Shown here piece by piece: positions 51,920 to 64,000 of a stretch of DNA of 64,000 nt. The notes under the pieces were generated by a model. That model saw only the letters and a program-made list of their open reading frames with translations, did no database searches and was not told the DNA's origin. Made by a program: the position numbers and the translations under genes. Source of the stretch: Octopus sinensis (Eukaryota); the NCBI RefSeq assembly GCF_006345805.1, contig NC_043002.1, positions 74,586,001 through 74,650,000 on the forward strand, read 5' to 3'. Each line of letters starts with the position of its first letter. Position 1 is the stretch's first letter.

Positions 51920-52460
51920 TAATAATAATAAAATAATAATGAAATTATTGTGTATAGTGCTCAGGTGCACTACAACTCATCAAAGGTGCATGTATCGTAC
52001 ATAGAATTATGTACAAAAGTCAGGAAAGTGAACAGTGTATGAGTCGTGATATACATGTGTGCACGTGTATAGAGGAGGGAATATCAGGTGTAGAGTTGGT
52101 GAATCTCAGGAAGCATGGAGGTATTAAAGGATGCAATGTCTCGGCAAATAACAACTGATGCAAGTAATTTGTTCCATGTTTCAGTAACTCTGAGTGTGAA
52201 AAAATGTTTCCAAAAGTCATTGGAGCTGTGCTGTTTTCTGTAGACGTGCCCACATATGTTAGACACATGGAGCTCAAAAAGGTTCTCAAGGTGGTTGTTA
52301 GCACTATGGTTAATAATTTTGTGGGTGTTTACCAAGTCAGTTGCCAGACGTCAGAGCTTTCCTCCCAAAATGCATGGTAGTACTCTTGTCCACAGTCAGC
52401 TTCAGTTGCCAGTCTGTGATCCATTGTTGCATTGTGTCCAGATCTGATTGCAAGAAAGAT
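51920..52460 (-). mobile_element. CR1/L2-type LINE 3' end with (ATT)n tail
   Basis: GH.YRKQHS..DFWKHFFTLRVTETWNKL.ASVV...IASF matches the FF..RV...WN.LP C-terminal motif. Confidence 0.8.
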
Positions 52461-52979
52461 CTATAGTGTTATGTAGTAGTGAGTTCATATCCCGCTGAGG
52501 TCAGCTTTGCCTTTAATCCTTTCAGGGTCAATAAGGCCCCAGTTGAGTAGAAGAGTTGCAATACGAGTGAGGATAAATGTTTTTCTTCTAAAAAACACAC
52601 GCTCATAAATTTACCAGGCATTTCTTATGTATGTGTGATGTGTGTGCATATATATATATATATATTAATGTTTGTTTTTATGTCATGTTATAATCCTTTC
52701 TTCTATAGACACAAGGCCTGAAACTTAGGGGAGGAGACTAGTTGATTATATTGACCCCTGTGTGTCACTGGTACTTAACTTATTGACCCCGAAAGGATTA
52801 AAGGCAAAGCCAACCTTGGCAGAATTTGAACCCAGAACATAGTGATGGGCGAAATACCACTAAGTATTTCATCCAGTGTGCTAACGATTCTGCCAGCTTG
52901 CTGCCTTATGTTAAGTTATGATAAAAACAATTTTACCTTAATCTGAAGGATTACTCAATTATTTTTGTAAAGCACATAC

Positions 52980-53370
52980 TCTTTACTCTCTTTTTACTTG
53001 TTTCAGTCATTTGACTGCGGTCATGCTGGAGCACTGTCTTTAGTCAGGCAAATCGACTCTAGGACTTATTCTTTGTAAACCTAGTACTTATTCTATCGGA
53101 CTCTTTTGCCGAACTGCTAAGTTATGGGGACGTAAACACACCAGCATCAGTTCTCAAGTGATGTTGTGGAGGTCAAACACAGACACACACTTTTATATAT
53201 ACATATACATATATACGATGGGCTTCTTTCAGTTTCTATCAAATCCACTCACAAGGCTTTGGTCAGCCCAAGGCTATAGTAGAAGACACTTGGCCAAGGT
53301 GCCATACAGGGGGACTGAACCCAAAACCATGTGGATGGTAAGCAAGCTACTTACCACACTACACCATGTT
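52980..53370 (-). mobile_element. Full-length SINE family B copy
   Basis: Reverse complement of the 49371-49812 architecture. Confidence 0.92.
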
Positions 53371-53506
53371 TATTATTTCTGTTAAAGGATTATATATGTG
53401 TGTGTGTGTATATTCGATCCACATGAGCATGGAAATGGGAATGTTGAAAATGATGATGATCTTGTTGATGGTGATGATGATGACGACGATGATGATGATG
53501 GCAATG

Positions 53507-53539
<33 letters not shown>

Positions 53540-53542
<3 letters not shown>

Positions 53543-54390
53543 TAACTACAGGGGTATTAAACTGTTGGATCAGGTGATGAAGGTCACAGAGAGGGTCATA
53601 GCCCATCTCATTAGGGGGAGAGTCTGCTTAGATGAGATGCAGTTCGGTTTTGTGCCGGGTAGAAGCACCACTGATGCCATATTCCTGGTTCGACAACTGC
53701 AGGAGAAATACCTAGCTAAATAGCTTTCGTGGACTTGGAGAAAGCCTTTGACAGGGTCCCCCGATCCCTTATCTGGTGGGTTATGTGGAAACTGGAGATT
53801 GACGAATGGTTAATAAGGGCTGAACAGGTCCTATACAGAGACGCCGTCAGCAAGGTTAGGATTGGCAATGAGTATAGTGAAGAATTCCAGGTAGAAGTAG
53901 GGGTCCACCAAGGCTCAGCCCTCAGTCTCCTTTCATTCATCATAGTCCTCCAGGCAATAACAGAGGAATTCAAGATGGGTTGCCCCCGGGAGCTCCTCTA
54001 TGCTGATGACCTGGCCCTCATAGCAGAATCACTACCTGAACTAGAAAAGAAATTTTGGGTGTGGAAGCTAGGTTTAGAAAAGGCCTTAGGTTCAATGTAG
54101 CAAAGACCAAAGTTCTAGTAAGTAGGAAGGCAAACACACCACAAACCCCTTCAGGTAGGTGGCCCTGCTCGATCTGTAGAAAAGGTGTAGGTAGAAACTC
54201 CATAAGATGTACCCAATGTAACCTATGGACACATAAGAGGTGCAGCACCATCAAAGGAAAATTAACCAAGAAGATAGTTTTCGTGTGCGGCAGATGCACA
54301 GGTGCAATAGATACCATTGATACTCAGAAAACAGATTCCATTACACTCCTGGAGGAGAAACTAGAAGTAGTTGATAGTTTCTGCTACCTA
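53540..54390 (+). mobile_element. RTE-clade LINE fragment, RT domain with an internal PHD-like finger
   Basis: NYRGIKLL, QFGFVPGRSTTDAIF, DLEKAFDRVP, GVHQGS.LS, LLYADDL, GLRFNVAKTKVL and LEVVDSFCYL across one stop/deletion and one frameshift. Confidence 0.95.
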
Positions 54391-56555
54391 TAGAAGAAGA
54401 TAATTGCACAAGGTGCCACGCAGTGAGACTGAATCCGGAACCATGTGGTTGGGAAGGAAACCACAGAGCCACGCCTATACAAAGGAATTTTTAAAAATCA
54501 GATGTTGATTACGAGATTTTTATTGGCTAAAAGATTTCCAGTTCTTTCCTATAATTTTTTAATGTGCGCATTTTACAAAAAAGAACTTACTCTCACATCG
54601 TCTGAATTTGCAGTGTATAAATAAGTATTTCATTTGCACTTTCATACTTTAAAAAATTTCAACAGCAGCATTTTAAGAAAGTGAAACTAAATGCCATTAA
54701 TGCGTTTCTCTTTTGATTTTGAAAAAGTACTTTAATGTTAAAAATAGCTGTCATATATTCAGTTTATGATAAGAAAGTAAAAATGGAAAAGAATGATAGT
54801 AAGTAATCGGCTTTAAAAGATTATTATTTTAAATATAGCTCTTTTTTCCCCTCCCCGAATGTAATATCATAATCTCTATTTTTTAAAGTGAAAGCCCTGG
54901 CAAAAATTTCGAGTAAAGTCTTTTTTTTAAATTTCTAAAAATTGACTGTGGGCGTGACTGAAAGATTAAAAATTAGAAAAAAATAAAGTTTCATTATTTG
55001 TGGTGGGGGTGTCCCAGAATCGTAATCTCCGTTGTAAAAAGCAGAAATTTTCAGAAAGTAAAAAAAAAAAAAAATGATGGGTGACAAGTTCGTCAAGACA
55101 TTGCCGAATTGTCAGTATTTCCACTTTCATTTGATGATCACAAACGGAAAGAAGGCACACACAAACACACACCTATCAATTTTGTTTCCTCAGAACTTTC
55201 AGTTTTTTTTTTTCTTTCTCATTAAATTCCGATGTAATCACAATCTACACTTTCTGAAAAGAATTTGTTGAAAAATTAATTAAAAAATGCCGAAACTTAT
55301 GAATTATCCGAAAATCCTCTCCCCTCCTCCGAAGAAAAAAAATTTCTCGACAATTTCCAATAAAATTATTATCTGAACATATTTGTAGAAAATTTCATTA
55401 AACAAATATCTATTTTTCTGAAACGAAATCGGTGTAGCACACTCGTGTTGGTATGTCGATTCTGAATCTCGTTTAAAACAAATAGTTGAAGAATGCTTTT
55501 TTTTTTTAAACAAAAGACAAAAATAACAGAAGTTGAAAAATCCATGCTTAAATTAATAAGTAGCTTTTGTTTTTCATATGTAATTTCTTAATCGTATTAA
55601 ATATTCTACATCGATTTAAGAAACAGTTAAAGCGCCAAATTGTCCAGACCTGGCACCAATCAGCACACATGTTCGTTGATTAATTTAGCTGAATAATTGC
55701 ATGTCCTTTGCATTCTTTTTAAAAATTCTCATCAGGTATTCGAAGAATTATATCTCTATACATATATGTGTATATACACACACGTCATATACATGCATAC
55801 ATATATATGTATAAACAAATGTATGTTATAAATGTATATGAATTACACCCAAATACATTATATACACATAACGAAAAGTTAGTTTGATAAAGTACCATGC
55901 ACGGAACTATCTGCCCTTGAGTCACTTTGTAACATTTGACCATTAAAAAAAATTAAAATAAATATATATTTATATTTTGAGTTTTATCCTGTTTGTAATT
56001 CCAGACATTATATATATATATATATACACACATGTAGTGGGTACGTGTTTTCACACAAGCATGAATTTTGTCAATGTTGAGCGCGAAACTAAAATGAAAG
56101 TAAGAAAAGTGGTCGAAGAGGAAATAAGAGCTAAGCCTATACTGAACAAAACTTCTAAGTGTAGATTAAAATAAACTCAGAAATTAGTTAAGGAAAAAAA
56201 AAAAAGCTCCAACGATATCAGTGAGGGTACATAAAGGTGTTGGTGAAAGAAATTTCGTTATAGTGAAGGTTGTTTGTATTTATTAAGAAGAATATTAAAG
56301 AACCAATACAATAACCACTATGACTATCACACACGCATTTATTTTGTTGATCTCGCCAAATCTCGTCGATTCCCGCGACAAGTAACACATGAGTTTATGG
56401 AAACAAATATGTCGCACAACGTTTGTCGGATAGGTACATCTCATCATTGTTCACACCGCGACAGCGTACACAGTCGATGACTGCCAACACACGCAGCACT
56501 GTAGCTGGTTGACACATTGACATGGTAGGCTCTGTGTGTAATTCTCGAAAAAGGG

Positions 56556-56623
56556 ATGAAGAAAGCCGGGCAGAAGAAAGATGAAGTTAAACCTGAGGTC
56601 GACAAAGCCAGACGAGTCTACAG
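56556..56623 (+). CDS. Candidate first coding exon, MKKAGQKKDEVKPEVDKARRVY; product unknown
   Basis: ATG, charged open frame and CAG|GTAAAA donor in CpG-rich unique DNA; no phase-matched downstream exon found. Confidence 0.25.
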
Positions 56624-57793
56624 GTAAAAAGGAATTTCTCCGATCATCTTCGACCCTTTCACTCTGTTTAAAGAATATTAATAATAATAATAATAAAATA
56701 TTCCATGGAATAGTCCCCTAACCTCACTCCTTTTATCTCCTTTCGCCTGAGTTCTCGGTAGTTTCCACAACAACAAAGAGATAAATATAACAAGTGAGGT
56801 GTTTGTTAATCTTAGTTCTGGTTGTCTGTCTTGTATTTTCCCACTTTCAAAGACATTTCTAAATTTGTCACTGACCACCTCAGCTGTTATTCTTTACTAT
56901 TCCACGTGGCTGATACCAGCTCTTGAGAATGAGAAGTCTACCGAGGATAATTCCAGTTACTATTTATGTAGTTTAAAATAAGGAACTCCTGGACAACGAA
57001 TAAACACAACTGTGTTGAATAAGAATAGATAGGTAAGATAGAGAGGTAGATAGAGCAATTGATCGACATTGAAATGATTTGTAAGAATATATTTGCTTTA
57101 ATAAAAAATAATAATGTGCTTAGTGTTTGTTTATCCGTTCTTGGATAAATTCCGTAAGAAGCTAGAATATTTGTTGAGTTCGAAAAATGGAGAGTTTTCT
57201 TGTTTTTCTTTTTTGGCACTGCTACTAAATCGAGCTACTAAGTTTAATTTTCGTTCCGTTTCTTCTGCAAGATTTCTTAATCGGATATAAGACTCTCTGC
57301 TCTCCCTAAATCCCTCCAACATCCATCCACAGGTTATTTTATTCTCCTTCGTTACTAAGAGTATTTTGTTGTTGCTTTGCCACTTGCTCGCCATTGAATG
57401 CATCAATGCAACACAGCCAACGAAAACAAATTCACATGAAAACATAAGTTGGTGTTTATTTTAAGATCCCAGAAAATTTTTCATTGGATGAACTCTGTAT
57501 TGTTTCTGACCATTTTGCAATATACCTTTATATACATACCTTCGGTGCATTTGTTTATTTTTGGCTTTGCATGTATTTTTGGAATGGTATGTATGTCGGT
57601 GCAAGATATTCCCTATAATATGGTGCAAGTTGGAGGAAGTAGTCGATGTATTTAAACAAAATTCGGACATGGCTAATTTCGGCTAAAACTGTCCATATGT
57701 ATGAGTGTCCCATGTGAGATACAGTGGACCATTGGCTAGTTTCTGTTGAATTCATATTCCTAACTTATGTAACGAAAGTTCAATTTTGATACA

Positions 57794-57828
<35 letters not shown>

Positions 57829-58099
57829 TAACGAAATATGGGTAAAATAGTAATTTTACCGAAATATGCTTGCATGTTGTATTTTAAGCATTTAATTTCT
57901 CTTATACAAAATATTTTATAACTTTAAATGGAAAGGCTTATTAATGCTCTGTGTGTATGTATACACACATATATATCTTTTAGTCACACGAAGGATCGCA
58001 TATAGCAAGAAATTAAGGATGGAGTGAATCCTTAGCTTCGAACAATTAAAATCCGCTACGTATACTGAATATACTTTCTCCCTTTAGTACATCCAGATA

Positions 58100-58143
<44 letters not shown>

Positions 58144-59812
58144 TACATGTACTCGCTTTCTTTTTTAAAGTCTATGTGAAGAAATGTTTCCGCTTGAATG
58201 ACGTCTTGTTCCCTCGCGGTCAGTTCAGTCCCGCCGTTTTGTTCTGGTATCTAAAATATATCGTCTGCCAACACGAGTGAAATCGTTTCGTGTGTGTTAC
58301 ACACACACAATATGATGATATGCAATATATGGTGTATGTATAACACACACACACACCATATATTGTATATAATCAGATTACTGTATAAGGAAGTCAACAA
58401 TTCAATTTATACTAACAGGTGTGTAGCTTATCTGTGCCTTCTCGAACCCGCTAATATATATTTACCTTTATATTATGGAAAAACTCTAGCTATCACTATC
58501 ATAGTCTTGCTCTATTCTTCATTAAAACTCGATTTTATTTAAATTGACACTCTCGGAATGTGAAATCTTGTGTAAACAAATATTGTTTTAACAGTATTAT
58601 TGTTAATGTTCTGAGTGCTGTTTGTACCAAAAGCTGGTTCACATCTGAACTTTTTTTACAATGTGTCGGTTCTTTACTCGTTCTTTTATTTACCTCAGAA
58701 ATCCGACTTATTTTTTTGGGGGGTAACACATTTTGTTCTGGCAACATAAGCATATTTTATCTCAGCTCATTCGATAATGTTTCTCACAGTTAAAAACTCG
58801 TGTTCGTAACGTACTGAGTTGTATGTAGACACTTGGCAGTGAAAGGTAATCGGAGATTATATCTATTGGAACTGTGTGAATGGACAAGAGATGATGTTGA
58901 TAGCGTGATAAATGCTTCCCTTTCGATACTTTATTCATTTGTTCCCTAAATTTGTGATAATTTTGATATGTAATACACGTACGATATGTCGTCTGTTCTG
59001 CTATCAAACACGCACGTGTGCATGTTCCCTTTACTCAGTGGGCAAGGCCTCTGAAACCAGTGTAGAGCTATTTTCAAACGGGGAAACCTGAGCCAAGTGC
59101 GAGAGACTTGTCCCTGCTAAAGATACCCAAGGTACCAGTTTCACCATATATACAATGATACATACATTGCTGAAGAATGTTTTGTAAAATTACTAGGCAA
59201 CAGTGTATATGCAAAATTAATTATTTAAATTACTTTTCCTATCTTCAGAGTCGGCAAATGATGATTTTTTCAATGGGAATGAAATTGTTGTCTTCATACT
59301 GGAAGGAATTTAGTTCACTTATCATAGCACGTAAACTGCGAAAGCTATATCAAAACAGTGATTAAATTCCCAATTAAAATATACGAATTGTTATAATTGG
59401 GACTCTTAGTGTCTTGAACTTTGTGGAATTGATATTCATTATATTTATAATAGTTATTAATTTGACCTGGTTAGCGTTATCACACACCTGTTGTATTAGG
59501 GTTAAAATTTGAAGATAGAAATCTAAGCTAAAGAAATTGTTTCATCTACACATTCATTTACTCTATATTTGTTGTGTGAAAAAGTTGGAGAGATCAGCCT
59601 ACAAAATATTATTTACTGTAATAGCACAATGTATTGGGGATTTGTATGTCAAAACCCTGGTAGTATATCTTTTTGATCGATCGAAAAGGAGTGTTCAAAG
59701 ACAAGCTTCGCAGACGACAAAGTGATTAAAAAAAAGAAAAGGAAGTTATTCGTAGGAGTTAGGTAGTGTCCATAACCGCTTTAGGTCCTATTAAGCTGAA
59801 GTTGAAGCAAAT

Positions 59813-59842
59813 ATGGTTGATGACCATCCAGGACATCTGCAG
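59813..59842 (+). CDS. Candidate first coding exon, MVDDHPGHLQ; product unknown
   Basis: gcaaatATGG start context, in-frame upstream stop, CAG|GTCAGT donor and possible acceptor at 59783-59784, located at the CpG-rich/CpG-poor boundary. Confidence 0.25.
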
Positions 59843-62800
59843 GTCAGTGTTTGTAGTTAAAACAAATGCTGTATGTAACCGAGGAGGTCTATTCCAAATG
59901 CTTTCGGCAGTTTAGTGATTGATTTTTTTTTGTTCCCTCTCCATGTTTACCATTGTTTAGATAAGAACAATAACATATTTTCATGTATTTTAGAAAGATC
60001 AAATCTTCTCAGTGCCTGATGTATTTTCTTACTAGTTGTCTTGTTTTTATTTCCATTCTATAGCTCTGTTCACTCAGCATGTAAATCATTCATTTACATT
60101 TATCTATCTACACTAGCACAGTTATTAGGTTTGCATATAATTAATTCCTGGTGCCTTTGGTATTCTCTCACTTTCACAACCCATCTGTGCCCTTTATATC
60201 CAATAGATCATTCTGAACTTGCTTATTTTCCAATTCCCACAAATCCTTTATCTCACACAACTCTTTAATGTCACATTTTCCACTCTCTCCGTCCCAGTCT
60301 CTTATTTTCATTTATTTATCAAGCAAATGTAGAGGGCCAAACTAGAGATTGTGTAATTAGGGAGGTGTTTTACTTTTCTTCGTATCTAAATTCCTATGGC
60401 AATGACTTTGTCTCTCAACTCACCCAGATCAATAAAACATGAAATATTGATGTTTATTTAATTATCTTCCCCTCTATAAAACTTGCCTTTTACCAGCACA
60501 AAAGAAAATATTATTTATTTATTACATTCTTGCATGCTACCATGGTTCTAGGTATTTTGATATGAATTATTGGAGCAAAAATATTTACTGCTTCATGCCT
60601 TTCTATGACCAGTCATTTCCAGCCAGGAAATGAGAGTCACACCAATTTTGAGGCCAGTACTGTAATGTGTTGCTTAGAGGCCTAATACAGTAATTCTAAC
60701 ATGGCTTTCCTGATTTTTCAGTCAGACATTTTCACAAAGAGTTTACAATGTGATAATTTCAAAATGATTCTAAGATTAAGTAGTTTCTATTTTGATTCTA
60801 CTGCATGGCACTTTGGGCTGACCAAAACCCTCACAGGGTTTTGGTAAAGTCTGTTTGGGGAAAAGTTCCTGTTCTTGTAAGGGAGATTTAATCTCTTGCT
60901 CTGTTTAACATTACTGCATGGCTCTTTGATCCCTTTAACAGAGTTCACTCTCTTGCTGGCATTTGGTTGAGGCATCTGGTTTGAACATATATTCTTCCTT
61001 CTCGGCCACCATTTATGGATACCCTGAAAAGAGTAGTTCCCACTTAGAATTAGAAATTTCTACATCATCATCATTTTACATCTGTATTCCATGTTGGCAT
61101 GGATGGATGGATCATTATGGTCCAAATTATTTCTTATGGAAAATACTGCTTCCAGGAACTAGTGCTTGTGTATGCAACTTGGCTTGGTTTCTATGGCTGA
61201 ATGCTCTTCTTATCACCAACAACTATTTGAATGTTGTACAGAAAAATGTTATTTTTATTTACAAACATTCTTCTGAGTATTTATGTTATGATTTTGTACA
61301 TTCATCCGTTTTTATTGTATTCAAAATATGGATCTGTGTTCATTGCTTCTCTCAGTTTTCAAAGTCTAATTCATCTCATTACATCATTCTTATATTAATC
61401 TTTTAGTTTGCCTGTCGCTAATGATTATACACATGTGTAATACAAGCATTTGTTTATACATCATGAATCATCCCTTGTTTATTATGAACAATCTCCTGAA
61501 ATTTGATTTAGCTATTTCTAAGCTAGGTTTTTTTAATGAATCTACTTCTACCATATATACCAACTATTATTTGTAGCATGTTTTCATTCTATATATAATA
61601 TGCATTCATTATCATCATACATCCACTTTGCCATACCCATGTGAGTTGGACTGAATTTGTTGGTTGGAGCAGACTTCCTCTGGCTGGATGCCCTTCTTGT
61701 CACCAACCGTCACTTGTTTCTAAGGAAGGTAACATTTCCCAAGGCCAGACATGTTTTTCACAAAAGACAGGAAACAAAATAACATTGTTTGTAATCTTCA
61801 TGTGATATCAAGACAAGGATGCACACAAACACAGACATAAGGAGCTTCTTCCAGTTTCCGTCTACCAAATCCACTTGCCAGGCTTTGGTTGGTTATAGTA
61901 GAAAACACTTGCCCAAGGTGTCACACAGTTGGATTGTACCTAAGGTTAGGAATCAAGCTTCTTAACCAAATAGCCATGCTTGTGCCATTTATGTCAAATA
62001 ATATCTGAAACAATGTTATCATCTAATGTGTTTCAAGTCAATACATTTGATACCTTGTTACTTTAGTTTCTAATAGACTCATACTGCTTTTGTTGTCTCA
62101 TGGTTTTTCTCTAATATTTTACTATGTTGTTATTTAGCTCCAGGTCAGCCTTGATTGAGCTATGATCAAAAGTGTTCTGACCATGAGCCTAATTTTATTT
62201 TACTTTTTTCTTTTTTTCTGCATCTCAAAGACTATTTTGTCTAATGTGTCTCTTTTCAAAGAAATTTGCATCCCAATCACATGCTCACTGTTTCATATTT
62301 CTTTACTGCCCACAAGGGGCTAAATACAGAGGGGACAAACAAGGACAGACAAAGGGATTAAATCAATTACATCGACCCACTGCGAAACTGGTACTTATTA
62401 ATCGATCCCGAAAGGATGAAAGGCAAAGTTGACCTCGGCGGAATTTTGAACTCAGAATGTAGCAGCAGACGAAATACTAAGCATTTCACCTGGCGTGCTA
62501 ATGTTTTTGCCAGCTTACTGCCTTCGAGCATGGTCACTGTTTCAGTCCCACTGTATTACATCCTGGGCAAGTGTTTTCTATTATAGCTTTGGGCTGACCA
62601 AACCCTTGTGAGTGAATTTGGTAGATGGGAACACAGAAACTCTCTGGAAGCCTGTTGAGTGTATATGCATGCATACATACATACATATGTGTCATGGCTT
62701 TAGCATCACTTGATAGTTGTAAAAAGGTGTCACTGTTATACAAGCAATGTCATTTACTTCCAGTATTCTGTGAAAAACATATCTGAACATAGGAAAGTAT

Positions 62801-63609
62801 TACCTTCCATGGAAACAGGTAAGAAATGGCAACTGGGAGGGCATCTGACCTGTGAAAAAGGGGATATTAAAATGCTGATGATACTGATATGGTGTGATTT
62901 TGTGGAAGATTTGTTTGCTATATCTAGCTGGTCAAGCCACCACATAGATTCTCACCACTTCTATTGTTCCTATATAATTGTGTTGATTTGACTGCCTGTG
63001 CTTCTAGATGTCACATCTCAGCCTTTTTCCTTTTATGATGTTATTTTAACTCAGAAAAATCTCGTGGGCATCTGTCGTATTTTAACAAGGAAGTGGACTT
63101 AATTGACAGTCATTTGTTTTTACTCTTTGCTTTGCTGCTTATTCTTGTGCTAGAGAAATGTAAAATACCATACCACTTGTCACTTATTAATTTATTCTAG
63201 TGCTTCACCATTGCGTTGTACACAAATGTTTTAATGCAAATGCCTATCAAAAATTTGTGTTTCCTATCATACAGTCCATTCAAAAATATTTTTAGCTTTC
63301 ATGACTATTAATGAAATGGTCTGCTTTTGTGTTTCAACTACTTTTGAAAATAATCAAGAATATCAAGGGATTTAGTTGAGTGATTAACTTTTCATTAAGT
63401 AACTGATGTTTGGAACATAATTAATTAGAAATTAAAGCATAAAATGGGTGGGTGGTTAAGACGCTTGTTTTTCAATCACATGGTTTAGGATTCAGTCCTA
63501 CTGTGTGGCTTCGTGGGTAAGTGTCTTCTACTGTAGCTCAGAGCTGACCAGTCTTGTGAGTGGATTTGGTACATGGAAACTGAAAGACGCTTGTGTATGT
63601 ATGTGTGTG

Positions 63610-63642
<33 letters not shown>

Positions 63643-64000
63643 TATGTTGGAAGGTCATCCAGTTGTAAAAAGCTTGCCAAAACTGACCTTGCCTGTGCTT
63701 GTGCTCAGTCTACTCTGCTCAGTGGTTGGTGTTAGGAAGGGCATCCAGGTGTAAAAACCCTGCCAAAACAGACACAGAAGTCTGTGCAGACTCCTGCCTG
63801 ACCAGCTCCTGTCAAACTGTCCAACTCATGCCAGCATGAAAAGTGGACTTTAGATAATGTGTGTATATATTTTCTTTTGACATGTGACAGTTGTAAATGA
63901 GTGTCACTGCCACACAAGTGGTTTTCATTCCCAATCTTCTGTGAACCATGGGGATATATTACTTTGCTTAAAAACAGGTGAGGGTTGGTAACAAGAAGGG

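Larger units (their letters stand above)
54500..59900. promoter_or_regulatory. Third CpG-retaining domain; probable promoter/5' region of an unidentified gene
   Basis: CG-rich unique sequence with several plus-strand donor-like sites, followed by CG-poor DNA to the window end. Confidence 0.45.

Noticed and set aside
57131-57445. 104-aa minus-strand ORF with charged composition
   Set aside because: No recognisable motif, no convincing splice sites, and no continuous frame with neighbouring ORFs; left unassigned.
60963-61406. 147-aa ORF
   Set aside because: Reads through an antisense family C SINE and low-complexity T-rich DNA.

Overview
AT-rich animal genomic DNA with no prokaryotic features. 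The repeat families are most consistent with an octopod cephalopod (inference from recalled SINE and RTE families, not from a search). The left part (148-27398, minus strand) holds nine coding exons of an SR-type nuclear cyclophilin of the PPIG/NKTR (moca) family. I assembled these by hand with GT-AG sites and consistent phases (64+75+108+45+88+30+146+178+129 nt = 287 codons + 2 nt). They give [185 protein letters not shown], then a Ser-rich/Lys-rich tract and the VRPEEIP motif. The gene runs off the left edge, and the ORF track misses it almost completely. The rest is introns and intergenic DNA packed with SINEs, RTE/CR1/R4-like LINE fragments, Tc1/mariner, hAT and piggyBac-type MITEs, a Gypsy remnant, a probable solo LTR and microsatellites. 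Three CpG-retaining domains alternate with CpG-poor blocks; the last probably contains the start of an unidentified plus-strand gene. I cannot demonstrate a new biological system. The best leads are a 5'-inverted (twin-priming-like) RTE insertion, candidate unproductive splicing of the cyclophilin, an intronic ~95-bp inverted repeat, and a PHD finger inside the RTE reverse-transcriptase region. Repeat boundaries without TSD/TIR evidence are approximate.
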